From the IMG/VR virus record IMGVR_UViG_3300032053_000034, positions 17,376 through 81,375 of that record: DNA of 64,000 nucleotides. One strand, written 5' to 3'. Below the pieces are notes generated by a model. That model ran no database searches. It worked only from the letters and a program-made list of their open reading frames with translations, and was not told the origin of the DNA. The first letter of the stretch is position 1, and every line of letters begins with the position of its first letter. This stretch comes from a virus. Position numbers and translations under genes: made by a program. Below are positions 10,515 to 23,900 of the stretch, one piece after another.

Positions 10515-12592
10515 TGAAAATTGATAAATCCATATACAAAAAAGACCCAAAAATCAAGAAGATGGAATGGGGTACTCAGGGTTATGACAATTCTTATGTA
10601 ATTGACCCTAACAAGTCTGATGTAAATAATCAGGCTGCCAAAAGAAATTTTGAACTTACTAATAAAAACCAAGACAACACCACTAATGTTAAAACAGGCG
10701 TTAGTGCAGTTGGTACTGGTGTTGGTGCAGTTGTTCCTTGGCTTGGTGCTGTTATTCATGGAGCAAATGCAATGGACTCTGTTGGTAGAAAAATTCCTGG
10801 AGCAACGGATGAAAGAGGTTACGCAAACAGAAAGTCATTTTCTGGGAAAGTTGGTACAGCATTTTCTCCCATAGAGCACATTAAGAATTTATCAAGCGGT
10901 AATGCTAATGATACTTTTACTGGAGCAATGGGTCTTGTTGGTGGCGGAGGGATGAGCATGGGTTATCAAATGCTTGGTGGTGATAAGCTTACTCAGAAAA
11001 TGTTTGGAAAGTCTTCTGCAGATAAAGCAAAAGATGAATATGACCAACAAATGAAAATGCAAGGTCAGCTGCAAAACTTCATGTACCAAAAGGTAGATGA
11101 TAATTATGCTATGGCTAAGAAAAATAGAGAAGAGAAACAAATTGCAACCTGGGGTAGACAGAATACTAGTAGTGGTCCAGTGATTGCAAAAACTGGAATG
11201 AAAGGGTATAAATGTAAAAATGGTTCTTCATCAATTAAACCAAAGTCATTTGGTGTTATTGAGATAGAAGGTAAGAACGGTATTGGGGAAATCCACACTG
11301 ATGAAACCATGAGACAAGTTAAGGCTATTGGTGTAGCGCCACATTATGCAGGAGGAACTAAATCTATTGCCAAAGAGGGAGATGTGGTTTTCAATACCCA
11401 AGGTAAGCCACAGAAGTATAAGAAAATTATCACTGCAATTGCAGAGGGAGATCAGGAGACGCTTGAAAGAGAAAGAAAGAAAATCCCTGGAGACTCTGGA
11501 GAGAAAATGAAAAAAGGAACTGATAAATTTGTTCTTGACAAGAAAGGGTATAGATCTACTGTAGATAAACACGGACACACTTATGTAAAAACTCCAGAAG
11601 GAAAGTATCTATACAAACCAAAAGGTGCTAATGATTTTAGAGAAGAAAAAACTTCAAAATCAATAAACAGTATTGATGCGATGGAGTCCAGGTTTAAAGG
11701 TGGGAAGATATCCTCACCAACAAGTATTCCAAGCGCTTCTGGTAATTCAGTAAAGAAGAGTGAATTTAATGTAAGTGCAAATGAAGATATTATCTATGAT
11801 AACTCTCAAGGTAAAACCAAAGATGAAATAGATGATATGAGAACCAATGATGAAAGAGCTTCTGCTAAAATGGATTTTGATGCAGATAAAGTTTCTGAAT
11901 GGAGTGATGAAAAAAGAGGAAAAGCAGTTTATCATGGTACTCAAAAAGGCGGAAAGTCAAATAAACCTGGTTATAAATTTGATAATCAAAAAATAAAAGA
12001 TTTAGTTGGTGCAGGTGCGGAAGTAGTTCCTATCTTGCATAACCTAACACAAAAGCCTGTAATGCCAAATGAGAGAGGTAAACTATATTCAAGAATGAAC
12101 AAGTTTATTTCCACTAAGCCGTTAGAGGATGCGGTTACTGCAGATACTTATGCGGCAAATAAGCATAATGCAGTTGAGATGAGTGGCGGTAATGCTTCCA
12201 ATGCTAGAGCTAATGCTATTGCTGCAAATGAAACTGCAAGAATGCAAAGAGCTGGTACTATTGCCAATGATAACCAAAGATACTCTGAAATTCAAAATGC
12301 AAACAATGCATTAAGAAATCAAGATGCAGCATTTAATTATGAACAAGACTTTCTTAATCAAAGAGAGAAGTATCAGGTTAGATCACAAAAACAAGAGCAA
12401 ATCACAAAGGCCATGTCTCAGATTGGAGAGCTTGGAGCAAGAAGCAAGGAGAGAGTTGCTCAGCAAAACTTTAATAAGGAATATTTGGATGCCGTCAAGG
12501 AGGGTTATGATGTTAAAGGGTTAAATCAAAGTTTAGCACCAAAAGAAAAAGGTGGTAATAAGTCTGTTAGATTTGGTTATAAAAAGAAATAG
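10514..12592 (+). CDS. Virion cargo (ejected) protein
   Basis: 692 aa; Gly-rich hydrophobic segment GVSAVGTGVGAVVPWLGAV, EIEG...E...HYAGG...GDVVF motif and Q/N-rich C-terminal coiled coil; directly after the muzzle gene. Confidence 0.65.
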   Translation: MKIDKSIYKKDPKIKKMEWGTQGYDNSYVIDPNKSDVNNQAAKRNFELTNKNQDNTTNVKTGVSAVGTGVGAVVPWLGAVIHGANAMDSVGRKIPGATDERGYANRKSFSGKVGTAFSPIEHIKNLSSGNANDTFTGAMGLVGGGGMSMGYQMLGGDKLTQKMFGKSSADKAKDEYDQQMKMQGQLQNFMYQKVDDNYAMAKKNREEKQIATWGRQNTSSGPVIAKTGMKGYKCKNGSSSIKPKSFGVIEIEGKNGIGEIHTDETMRQVKAIGVAPHYAGGTKSIAKEGDVVFNTQGKPQKYKKIITAIAEGDQETLERERKKIPGDSGEKMKKGTDKFVLDKKGYRSTVDKHGHTYVKTPEGKYLYKPKGANDFREEKTSKSINSIDAMESRFKGGKISSPTSIPSASGNSVKKSEFNVSANEDIIYDNSQGKTKDEIDDMRTNDERASAKMDFDADKVSEWSDEKRGKAVYHGTQKGGKSNKPGYKFDNQKIKDLVGAGAEVVPILHNLTQKPVMPNERGKLYSRMNKFISTKPLEDAVTADTYAANKHNAVEMSGGNASNARANAIAANETARMQRAGTIANDNQRYSEIQNANNALRNQDAAFNYEQDFLNQREKYQVRSQKQEQITKAMSQIGELGARSKERVAQQNFNKEYLDAVKEGYDVKGLNQSLAPKEKGGNKSVRFGYKKK

Positions 12593-12595
12593 GTC

Positions 12596-14902
12596 ATGGG
12601 AGTTTATCTAAATAGTACACCTGCTGAATTAACACTAGCAAAAGATCTTGATAAAAGACCACTTGAAGCTATTGGTGAATTATATAAAAAGAAGTATGCT
12701 GAGAGGGCTGCTGAAATTGCTGAAATAAAAAAGAATGAAGAACTTCTTGGTAAGAAACTGAATAATGTTTATAACATTATGAATGTGGGTGAAAAGGCTG
12801 TCAAGAAGGAATACAATGATACTCCTGTAAATGAAAAGATCAGAGAAGCCAGAGCAAAGATTGAGGATGTAAGAGCAAGGATTGGAGAGGAACTTGGTAA
12901 AAATCCAAGTGCTAATATTGATCATCTTGTGGCAGAACTTAATGGTTATGCTCCAGAGATAAGAGCAGTCTCAAAAGAGATTGACAATCAGAATGCCTAT
13001 GTTAAAAGCCTTGACAAGTCTCTTGCTGAACATAAGGGAGAGGTTGCCGGTAACTTCATGGGTATTAATAATAATACAATAGAGCTTTTAAAAAACCCTA
13101 ACGCGTTTACCTCTGAAAATATTGCACCTCCATCAAGAGATGACATTAAGGTTAGAGAGATATTGTTCAATGCAGCAAAGAATTTCAATGACATAAAAGG
13201 AAATTCTTATGACAAAAGCATTGATTACAATACTCTTGGAGCCTTGTCAAAAGCAATAATGACAGAAAGAAACTGGGAAGGTCTTGGTCCTGATAAAACT
13301 AAAGCATATCTCAAAGAGTTTGCCAAAGTTGATCCACAGGTTAAACAGTATCTTGATGACCAAGCACAAGCACAGCATGAAGGTAATATGTGGGAGATGT
13401 CAAAAAGCCCAGAAGGAATTATGGCAATGCATGCTCCGCTTACCCATGATGACATAAAAGATTTGCCTGTAGAAGATGTTTATCAAAGAGCGCCTGATGG
13501 ATCTTTTATTGATAAAGATGGTGGTTCTTACATAAATAAGAATGACTTCTATAAAACAAATAGTAACGGCAAAAGATATTTTGATAAAGAAGCATATTGG
13601 GAAAATATAAGAAAGGAAGGTAAGGTTAAGCCTACGTTATCAAGAGAAGAAGTTATGTATAAAAAGACAAAGAAAAATGTCATGGGCATAACCAATTCTG
13701 TTGGTAGTGAATTTCAGCAAAGTCAAGAAGCAAAGAGAACACTTATTGATTTTCCAAAACCTCCAGCAACTGGAAAAGATAGTGGTTCAGATGATCCCAA
13801 CTCTGCTCTTACTTCTTTCATTCCTGGAGACATGCCCTATATTCCTGAGTCACAAAAAACTCAAGGGTTTACCATTGCAGAAGGAGGGAATCTTAGAACT
13901 ATTGGTGGATATTATGAAAATGGAAAATCACTTTCAGCTTCTGATATTGCGGCAAAGGTTGATACCGACCCAAGGATAACAGCGCTTAAGCTTAGTTCAG
14001 AAAACCTATCAATACTTAAATCTAAAATTCTTGAAAGATACAATCCTATTAGACAAAATGGAAAAGGCTCTTTCTCAAATCTAATAGCGACTAGTATTGG
14101 AAATCCATTAGGACTTATAAATGATTCTGCAAGTATGGGTAATCTTGCAGATGAATTTCTTGAAAAGCACTTGTCAAGTGGTGCAGATATGATTCCTGCT
14201 GATGCTTATAAAATATTACCTATTGAACAAAAGGATGCTGTTAATGACAGGATGTTTGAGCTAAAAGAAGCATACAAAAAACAAAAGGTCAATAAGTCAA
14301 ATGATCAACTTCTTCAAGAAGCAGTGCCTTATGTTGCTAATAAGGCAAATCAAGTTCCAGCATCTTTATATGGTAAAGCTACAAGCAAGTTGTTACCTGC
14401 AATTAAAAAATCTCTTCTTAATCAAAGGTTATATAAAACCAGAGGAGCTGATGGACAAGAATTACAAGTAGTCCCTGGAGAAAGTTTAAGCTTTGAGGAT
14501 GGTAGAATAACTGTTATTGAATCTTCAAAGCCAGACTATGTTACAATCATTACTGATGTTGTTGGTGATGATGGTAAAATAATTGAAGGCAAAGAAGGCG
14601 TTGCTGTTGATTTAAAAATACAAACAGACCCAACAGATATTAGTGGACGCGGAGCTCAACAAGCATTGAATGCCATAAATACATTATCTTTATTTTCTAA
14701 CTCAGCAAATGGGCAAAGAGTATTATATCCTGTTAACATAGGAGGGAAAATATTAATGAGAAATGTGTCTATTTCGGGTAGTAACATGTATCTTCTTAAT
14801 GATGATGGTACTAGGGTTATGGAGAATGGCAAACCAAAACTACTATTAACAAAAAATGAAGCTCTAAGAAACTACATGGATCTTCAGGATGCTGTAAAAT
14901 AA
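12596..14902 (+). CDS. Virion cargo protein, function unknown
   Basis: 768 aa with an N-terminal coiled coil; lies between a cargo gene and the RNAP gene. Confidence 0.55.
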   Translation: MGVYLNSTPAELTLAKDLDKRPLEAIGELYKKKYAERAAEIAEIKKNEELLGKKLNNVYNIMNVGEKAVKKEYNDTPVNEKIREARAKIEDVRARIGEELGKNPSANIDHLVAELNGYAPEIRAVSKEIDNQNAYVKSLDKSLAEHKGEVAGNFMGINNNTIELLKNPNAFTSENIAPPSRDDIKVREILFNAAKNFNDIKGNSYDKSIDYNTLGALSKAIMTERNWEGLGPDKTKAYLKEFAKVDPQVKQYLDDQAQAQHEGNMWEMSKSPEGIMAMHAPLTHDDIKDLPVEDVYQRAPDGSFIDKDGGSYINKNDFYKTNSNGKRYFDKEAYWENIRKEGKVKPTLSREEVMYKKTKKNVMGITNSVGSEFQQSQEAKRTLIDFPKPPATGKDSGSDDPNSALTSFIPGDMPYIPESQKTQGFTIAEGGNLRTIGGYYENGKSLSASDIAAKVDTDPRITALKLSSENLSILKSKILERYNPIRQNGKGSFSNLIATSIGNPLGLINDSASMGNLADEFLEKHLSSGADMIPADAYKILPIEQKDAVNDRMFELKEAYKKQKVNKSNDQLLQEAVPYVANKANQVPASLYGKATSKLLPAIKKSLLNQRLYKTRGADGQELQVVPGESLSFEDGRITVIESSKPDYVTIITDVVGDDGKIIEGKEGVAVDLKIQTDPTDISGRGAQQALNAINTLSLFSNSANGQRVLYPVNIGGKILMRNVSISGSNMYLLNDDGTRVMENGKPKLLLTKNEALRNYMDLQDAVK

Positions 14903-14925
14903 ATTAAAAGAAAAAACACAAGATC

Positions 14926-17900
14926 ATGAGTGGTAAAACTAAAGAGCAAGAAAGTAAAGAGAGAATGGAAGCAGCAAAACAAGCAGATGCTTCATATAGG
15001 CCTACTTTAGATGAAGGTACAAGTGTTTCTCTTGAAATTGACCCAGATCAAAATAAACTTAATGCACATGAAACAGATGATATGCGCCAGCAAAGACTGT
15101 TTGATGAACAGTCTACTGGTGAAGCTCTTTTGATTGGTGCTGAGAACTTTGGTATTAATGCTGTGTCTTCTTTTATTGGTAATACTGCAGGCGTTGTTGC
15201 TGGTGTTCATAATGCTATGACATCTGGTGATGCCACCATGAATCCTTTGAGTGAAGAGAATATTGATGAGTTTATAAATAACCCAATAAACAAGTATCTT
15301 GCTGAGTTTTCTGAAAACTTCAATAAGGATAATCCAGTGTATTCTGATCCAGGTAATTCAACATTGTTTGATGATGTTGCTAGTGCTAAGTTTTTCTCTG
15401 ATGTAATTGGAAGTGCTGGTTATACTGCTGGAGGAATGGCCTCTGCCCTTACTGTTGGCAAACTTGGTAGTGCCGCAAGACAAGGACTTCTTAAGAGTGC
15501 TGTTACCGGTTCTACAAAAGAATTTGATGAGTTTTTAAAGTCTGGTATTGCTGATCCATTAATTAGGGAGAATGTAAAAAAGGCTGTAATCAATAATACT
15601 TTTAAAGGAGCAACCTCTCTTACCGGGGCAGCTATGGGTAGAGCTTATGAATCTTCAATAGAAGCTTCACAAGCTGGTAAAGAAGCTAGTGCTAGAATGG
15701 CAGAATCTTTAAAAGATAGAAAGGACCTGTCTACTGAAGAAAAGTCTAGGATGACTGAACAAGCAAAAAATAGTGCTCAAGTAACATCATTTAGTTTGAA
15801 TATGATGCTTGGGTATTCTGATATGACTCAATCTGCAAAGATGTTTAATACCTTTGGTGATGGAGTTGAGAATGTTAGTAAGTGGTGGAAGGAAGGACTT
15901 AATCAATTTATTCAAGAAGGAGGAGAAGAGTATGCTCAGAATAGAATCCAAAAGATTGCTGTAGATAATGAGTTTACTTCTGGAACCTCTAACAAAATAC
16001 TTAAATCATTCTCTACACTTGTTGAGGGTGTTGGAGATAGAGAAGCGCAACTTGCTGCATTATCTGGTGGACTTTCTGGAGCCCCAATGGGGATCTATGC
16101 CGGTGCTAAGAATTATGATAAACAACAAAAGATTGAACTTGAAAACAAAGAACTCTATGCTAAGTTGTCTTCTCAGTTAAAACCAAATGAGAAAATACAG
16201 CTTGACAAGAACTTAAAGTATGCAGAGCTTGAAGAGCAAAAGAATAATGGAAGAGTTGTTCTTTCTGCATTAAACAACCTTGGTCAAGTTTCTGAAGAAC
16301 AATCTTCTGTTAAGATACCAAACTCTGAACACACTCTTGGATCACTAAAAGAACTTAGTATAGAGGACACAGTCAAATATGCTTATGAATCAGAAAAGCT
16401 TAAAAAAGAACTAGAGATTAGTATTAGAAGTGCAAGCAATGCTCAGTTATCAGAAACTGTATTTGCAGCAATTGATAGTGGCAATCTTGAAAACTTAAAA
16501 CTAGAATTGGAGGCCATCTCTAAATCTTCTAATGAGGAGATCTCTAAAGTTATTGGAGAAGAAGTGACCAATGATAATAAGGACAAAAAACTAAAAGCCA
16601 TGTCAGCCAAAATTGACAAAGCTGAAAAAATATACAACTCTATTAAGAATAATATTGCCGGTGCTTCTCCACAACAACAAAGAGAAGCTGGAATGATTGC
16701 AACAAACTTGGAGTTTCTTTCTACCATGAGAATGAAAGAACTTCATTCAAATCCATCAAGCCTGGACTTAAGTACTATTGGTATTGATACCACTCTTGCT
16801 GAATTTCAAGACAAGTTTAATGAGGACTTTCTTGCAATCAAGGATAGAAATACATTCTCAAGAAAGGATATTGAAGACTCTGAGGAGGGAAGCCCACTTG
16901 CTGCTTTCAAAAAAAGAGTAGAAAATAATCCAAATAAAGAGACCTTTAGAGACAATGTTAAGATTGCTTTAGAGCAAGATGAACTAAGTAAGAAGTCTTT
17001 CATGGCCAATGTTATTAAGGCTGTTGATAAGCACTTTGGTCCTGGAAAACAAAAAGAAAAGGCAGAGGAAGTTGCTACCTATACAGCCAATCTTTATATT
17101 CATGACAAGCTTACCAAAGAAATAAACAACCAGAGAGTTGAGTATCAGAAATCAATGAATGCTCTTGTCTGGAATAAGCAAAAGGCAGCACAGGAAAAGA
17201 AAGATGCAGCGCAGGTTAAGTCTATTAAAAAAGATATTGCCAAACAGCCAAAAACTGTTGATGAAATATTGGAAGACTATAGTTTATCTGAAGCGCCTTC
17301 TGAAGTTAAAACTCCAAGACTTGCTGCAGCATTTGAGACATTCTTCAATCTTAATAAAGACAGAACAAATTCTTTTGGTGTTAACTTTGAGACTAAAGGA
17401 ATATTATCTGCAGTAATTGATGACATAGCAAAAGCATACAAGGAAAGTGCTGGTGATAATTCAATGACTGGATCTATTCTATTGCAAAAGGTTATTGAGA
17501 AGGCAAATCTTGTTGACGGGAATAACTACTGGAAAACGCAAATATCCCCAGAAAGCACAGTAGCTGCTGAGGCAATGCTAAGTACTCTTGGTGATAGACA
17601 GCAGAGGCTTGCTAATCCAAAGCCTTCAGATGGCATAGGTGTTACTCCTATGGATTTATATATCTATGCTGAACAAAACAAGAATAATAGAAACTCTGTA
17701 CTTGGGGCCGTTGAGAAAGCAGAAAATGCTACCTATGTAGAAGTTAAAAATGCAAGAGAAAGACTTGTGCGCTTGAGAAATAAGATTTCCAAGAAGGTAA
17801 TCATCAGTGAAAAAGGATTAGTTTGGAAAGATGGACAGTATGTTCCCGCGGTAATTTCTGGATCATACCCAATCTCTCCTTCACAACTGATCACACAAGA

Positions 17901-20900
17901 TGTGAAAGATAGATATGTTCAAGAAATTAATGAAGCACTAAGAGGCCTAAAAAATATTGAATCTCCTGAAGTTATTGATGAGCAGGCAATAAAAGCAGTT
18001 CAGTTTGTTATAGAAACTTTTGATGCTCATCCAGGCACTGTAGATAATCCAAAACCTGACCAGGATGAGATTAAACTTGCCATAGCTGAGTATGAAAATA
18101 TGCTCTTAACCGGCAAGAAATCTGCAGGAGCTGGAGACTTTTTCTTTGAGAAAATTGATGGACAGAAGAAAGAGGTTAGTAAAATATCATTGCCGGTATA
18201 TAGAGATGGAAATACTGGAGTTTCTAAGGATTTATACTTTGATAAAGCTGATCCAATGGTTGCTCTTGTATATGTGAAAGATGACAAAAAACATACTTTA
18301 TCTTTTAACAGAACAAAATACTATACCTCTCCAGATAAAGGACAATCTATCACAAGTCCTGAAATGGATAGCCTGCTGGTACTTTTTAAAGATACCAATG
18401 CTATTGCTTTGGCTGATGCCATGGATCTTTCAGTTGCTAGGAATTTTAAATACAACTATGCAAATGAATCTCTTGGAAACCAAACTAAAACATTGGCAGA
18501 ACTTCCAGGTAAATTCTTTGTTGGTGGAGTGCCTACTGTAACTGCAGGGACTATTGTGCAGAATGATGGTAATGTAATCTTTGTTAATCCTATAGCGCCT
18601 CTTATTGGTAGTAATGGAAAAACATATAATATCCCAGTACAGAGTACACAGCTTGACATTTCAACTGTAAAAGAATTGTCAAAACTTGTAGCTGGAGTAA
18701 CTGGTCACTCACAGATAAATAGATTAAGAGCTATTGTAGAATCAATCTATGTGAAAGGATTGACTACTGAAAATATGAATGGTGATATTCTTGAGCAATT
18801 AAAGAATGCGGCATTTGTTGGACAAATGGTATCTCAGTTTGTAAATAAAAACTCAAAAGGATTTAGATATGATGTAGCTATTCTTAGTGCAGTCAATGAA
18901 ATGGCTGCTGAGAATCCAGACTTCTTTGTTTCTCAAGAAAGCGGAAACAAGCTTATTAAGCAATTAGAAAATGACGTAACTCAAGCTACTGATCAAATTC
19001 AAGAGCAACTTAACAAAACATTCTTCAACCCTTTCATTAAGAAAGAATATATTAATGAAATGATTAAAGAGGCCTATGGAAAAGTTAAGACCCAGATTGA
19101 TGAGATATTTCCTAATCTTGAAGGTGTGCATCTTGGTATAAATGTTGCCCAAGAAAAAGACTCTGATAATGCCACAGCAAAACTTGTTGTTATACCATAT
19201 TCTCTTGATAAAAACAGGACATTCCTTGAAGGTGAAGGAGAGCAAGAGACAAGTAATATCCAATACTACTCAAGTACTATTGACGGTCAGAAATGGATTC
19301 AGGCAGAGTACTTTCTTGATGCTACTGTGGGTGACCCAACATCTAAGAAGGTTACTGGACTTGAGGCAGAGGGAGGGGATGTTGTATCTGGAGATACTAT
19401 TCTTTCTTATCTGAACAAGAATGGTATGCTCAGAAATGCCGTCTTCCTTAATGTAGAAGCAAGTCAAAATCCAAGTAGGGACATGATTGCCAATGCAGTT
19501 TCAAAGGTAATGTCACCTGTGGACATTAATAGTCCAATTGCCGGCAAGCTTAGGGGTAAGATTAAAGTTAAATCTGACTTTAATCAACCTGTTGATAGCG
19601 CTATTGCAACTGGAGAGGTTGATAAAGAAAAATCACCAGAACAATCTGCTGCCGAGGAAGACCTTGAGGATCTTCTCTCTAGTATGATGAAAGTTGATAC
19701 TGGCTCAAATAAGCTTAGGGATAAAAAAAATCTATCCAAAGCTAGAAGATGGGTTTCAAGAAATCTTCCTGCTGGGATCACTATGAAGGACTTTGATGGC
19801 TTTACACAAAGAGCATATAGTCAAAAGGGGGTTCTTGGTCAGTACATTGATAATATGATTCTACTTAGTAATGAAGCAGGAGGTTCTGTAGTGTACCATG
19901 AGGCATTCCATGCAGTTCTTAATGCTCTTATACCACAAGCAGAGAGATCTCACTTCCTAGCCATAGCTGAGGATGAAATTGGCCCAATTAAACAAGTAGA
20001 TTTATCTGAATTTAGGAGTCAACATGAATCAAGAAAGAATTTAAGTTTTGAAAGACTTAAGGATTTATATCTTGAAGAATATATGGCAGATCAGTTTGCT
20101 GAATATAAAATGACTAATGATGCAAAACCTTGGTGGAAACAACTTTGGGACGGTATAATTGAATGGTTGGGTTTTGCAAAGGTGAGTGGGTCTCAGATTA
20201 AAAACTTGTTCTATAAAATAGATACAGGCCAATTTGCAAAGTCTTCAATTATAAGTAGTAATAGTAACGCGCTTCTATTTAAAGTAATCAATAAGGATGA
20301 TGGTTCTCAAATACCAGTATCTGAGTCTGATGATATTATTAAAGGCTTTGCATCATATTTTCAATATACAAAAGGATTAACATCGAAGACCGCCTCTAGT
20401 TTTTTTAAACCAGAAAATAGAGATGCAATCAGAGAATCTCTTGTTGAGTTTCTTGATGCACATGAAGAGGTGTTTGAGAGTGCTAAACAAAAAAGAAACA
20501 GCCTACCAGATACTGCAGCATTTGATATAAATGTGTTTAATGATTTAACATCAAGGGCTAGTACAATTGAGAATATTGATACATCTTCTGTAAATGGAAT
20601 CATTGATTTAATGATCAAAGAGAAAAGCTCAATATTTGATATTACAAGTGTTGATATTAATCCTATAGATGAAATTAATGAGGCAGAAAAAGCTACACTC
20701 AATGACTTTGATGCATCTGCAGGTGAGTTCTCTATAACACCAGAGACTATTGCTGTTAAGCGATTATTCTCAAATATGCCAATAGAGGATTCTGTCATGA
20801 AAAGCGGATTAAATTCTCTTGACATTTCTGATAATGCCAAAAAACTTATAAACAATAATATCCTGTTTGCAAGGTTTAATAATGGAGATGCCATGTATGC

Positions 20901-23900
20901 TCAGGCAATGTCTACACTATCTGACTCTAGCACATTTGAAGAGTATCTTAGCAAACTTGATGCTATGGTTAGTTATCCTGAATGGACATCAATCAAGGAT
21001 AAAATTAGAAAGGTAAATGGAGAACCAACAAACTTTGCACACTTACTTAGAAAGGCAACAAACTACTACTATGTAGATAGTTCATTTGTTAAGGAGGGTG
21101 CAAAAACATCTGTAAGCACTACAGGTTTAGGTTCTAGGGCCCTTACATCTGCAACTATAGATATTCAACAGAAAATTAATGGTGGACTTTCTGTGCAAAA
21201 ATTAATAGACTCTGTTGGTAATATTGGGAAAATACTTCCATTAATGAGAAGTGGCTCCCCAAAGGCTTCTGAATCATTTAATAACAACAGAAAAACACTA
21301 TCAAATAATATTAGGAATATAGGGATAACTATAGATCCAGGATTAATATCTTTTCTTGCGGCAAGCTATACCAATAATGAAGTTCTTGATGAAAAGAACA
21401 ATATTATTGATGCACTAGAAAGATACATAACAAGTATTACATCTAAATATGCCGAAGATCCAGAAAGCATTACCGGTAAAAAAGTTGTTTCTCAAATTAC
21501 TATTCTTCCTGGAATTAAAAAACCATTTGAAGACCTTGTTAAAATTACAGCAAGATATAATACTGCGGCACCATTAGTGTCTATTGATAGATTTGCCGGT
21601 AAGTCTATTTGGAACTATGTAAGAAATAATCACATAGTTTCAAGAGCAAAAGCCATTAACAATGCCAATGACATTTCTGATTTAACAGATACAAAAGCAA
21701 CTATTGCCTATGCTCCATATTTGAGAGATGTAGACTTGTTAAAACAAGGGAATAAAAATGAAGATGTAACTGGATCTATTGATAAGGACAGAGTTAGTTT
21801 GCATGTATTTAGAGGTTCAGAGAAAGAGGATGGCAATGATTTGGCATTTAAAGAAATGTCACCTGCAGATATTCTTGAAGCGCAGATTAATATGTTCTTC
21901 CATGCGGGAGGGACTAAAAGATTCTTCATGCCTTATGTAATTGAAAGAAAGAATACTCAATATGTGTATGGTGTTGAGTCTCCATATATTACTCTGGATG
22001 ATTTTGGTACTGCTAGTAGTACTTTATTTGAAGACACTTCAAGTGAAGATTCTGACTTTGATTATAAAGTGTCCAACACAACAATTGATATTTACTATCA
22101 AATGTTCATGGCAAATATTGACCAGGCAATAGAGAATAAGGATAACAAGGAAGAGTTTTATACTTACAGAAATGAACTTCAAAACATTATAAAATACCTA
22201 GAGCCATTTAAAGAGGACTTTATAAAAGACAAGGACAAGGCTCATAAGATGTATGAAAGTAATATTAGAGGTGTTATAAATACTAATCTAAGGAAGGCTT
22301 TCAGTGATTTCTTTGTTATGCTTCAGGATGAAGGTATTGTGAGGATTAATAACCAAACAAAACCTAGCGCTGGAGAGAATAATCCTATTCCCAGATACCT
22401 TCCAACAGAAGTAACATCTCTTAATGAAATGACTTCTTTTGATAAGAAAGGAAACCACAAGGAGGCTATTAAGGATTATTTATCATTCTTCTTAGAGTCT
22501 ATGATTGCCAATCAATCATTAGATCATATTACTATGGGTGATGATAGACAGTGGAATGAATACAATACCAAAAGAAGTGCTGAGGATAACTCAGCTGCTG
22601 CTAAAATTAACAAGTCTAAAAGGATGGCTGGTGCTGCAGCCTCATATTCTGGTATGGACATGTATGGTCAGTATAAATATTCTTTTGGTAAGAAGATAAA
22701 AATGTCTGAGTCTGAGCAAATGTCTTTTACTGCTCTTAAGATTTCAGATACTTTTTCTTATGTAAAAGGAGCAGAAACCTTTAAGGATGTTTCTGGGAAT
22801 ATGGAATTTACAGGGCCAAATCCAGAGGATAAAAAAGCTGTTGCCGCGTTTAAAGCATTCCAAGATAAAATGAGTGCTGAAGGATATTCTGAAGTGGCCA
22901 TTACTGATGGTCAAGCATATCAGGATATTAATAGACTTAGAAACTGGATGATTTCAGATAACAAGATTAGAAATGAGAAAGATGAAAAACTCATTGATAA
23001 AATTGCTATGGATAATGAAGAGCTCTCCAAGCCTGACTGGGAGTATATTCTTAAGAATACAAATGTACACCTGAATAGTATCAAAGATATTTACTATGAT
23101 GGAGATACATATCTTAAAGAGTCAACAACCTTGCTTCTTAGACAGATTACTTCAGTAAAAGAAACAGCTGGTATTATTAAAGATTCCCTTGAGGCTATGT
23201 ATGCAAAATCAGGCAACCTTCAGAGAGAGTTTAATTTTAATGGAAGAGATTATGTTAAGGATTCAGCAAATGGACACTGGTATTATAGTGCTCCTAAGGA
23301 GTTCATGGGTGCAATTCTTGATACAAGAAAATTACATGAGAGGTTAAATCAAATGCAAAGAATGGGTGCTACACACATGTTTCATGAATCTTGCGAGAAG
23401 CACAAGATGAGTAAACCTGGTGGAGTATTTGTTCTTAGTAATGATAAGCATGGTAAGCAGCAAGAAACACCATCTGGACATGACCATGTAGTTGATGGAA
23501 CACAGCTCCAGTCTCTTATTATGGCTGCAATTTCAGACACTGATATGATTGATGGCAAGTCTGCAAAACATACAAAAGCAGAGATTCTTGCAGCGCAAGT
23601 TGCTATTAGGGAGATTAGTTTTGATAAGGTGTTTTCTGACATTCTTCTTAAGTCTAAGAATAAGGAGGACAAATTAAACATAAGAAAGCTTTATGCAAAA
23701 ATTAAACAAGCAAACCTCTCTACTGGTAAGGATGTAATTGCTCAGTTATTTGATAAAGTTGGTGATGAATATGTTCCAAAATCAATGAACATAGTCTCAA
23801 GATCACTTAGAGATTCTATTATTTCTATCATAAACAATAAGGTGCTCAAGCAAAGTGTATTTGGTGATAAATTCTATTGCGTATCTGCTTATGGCTTTGA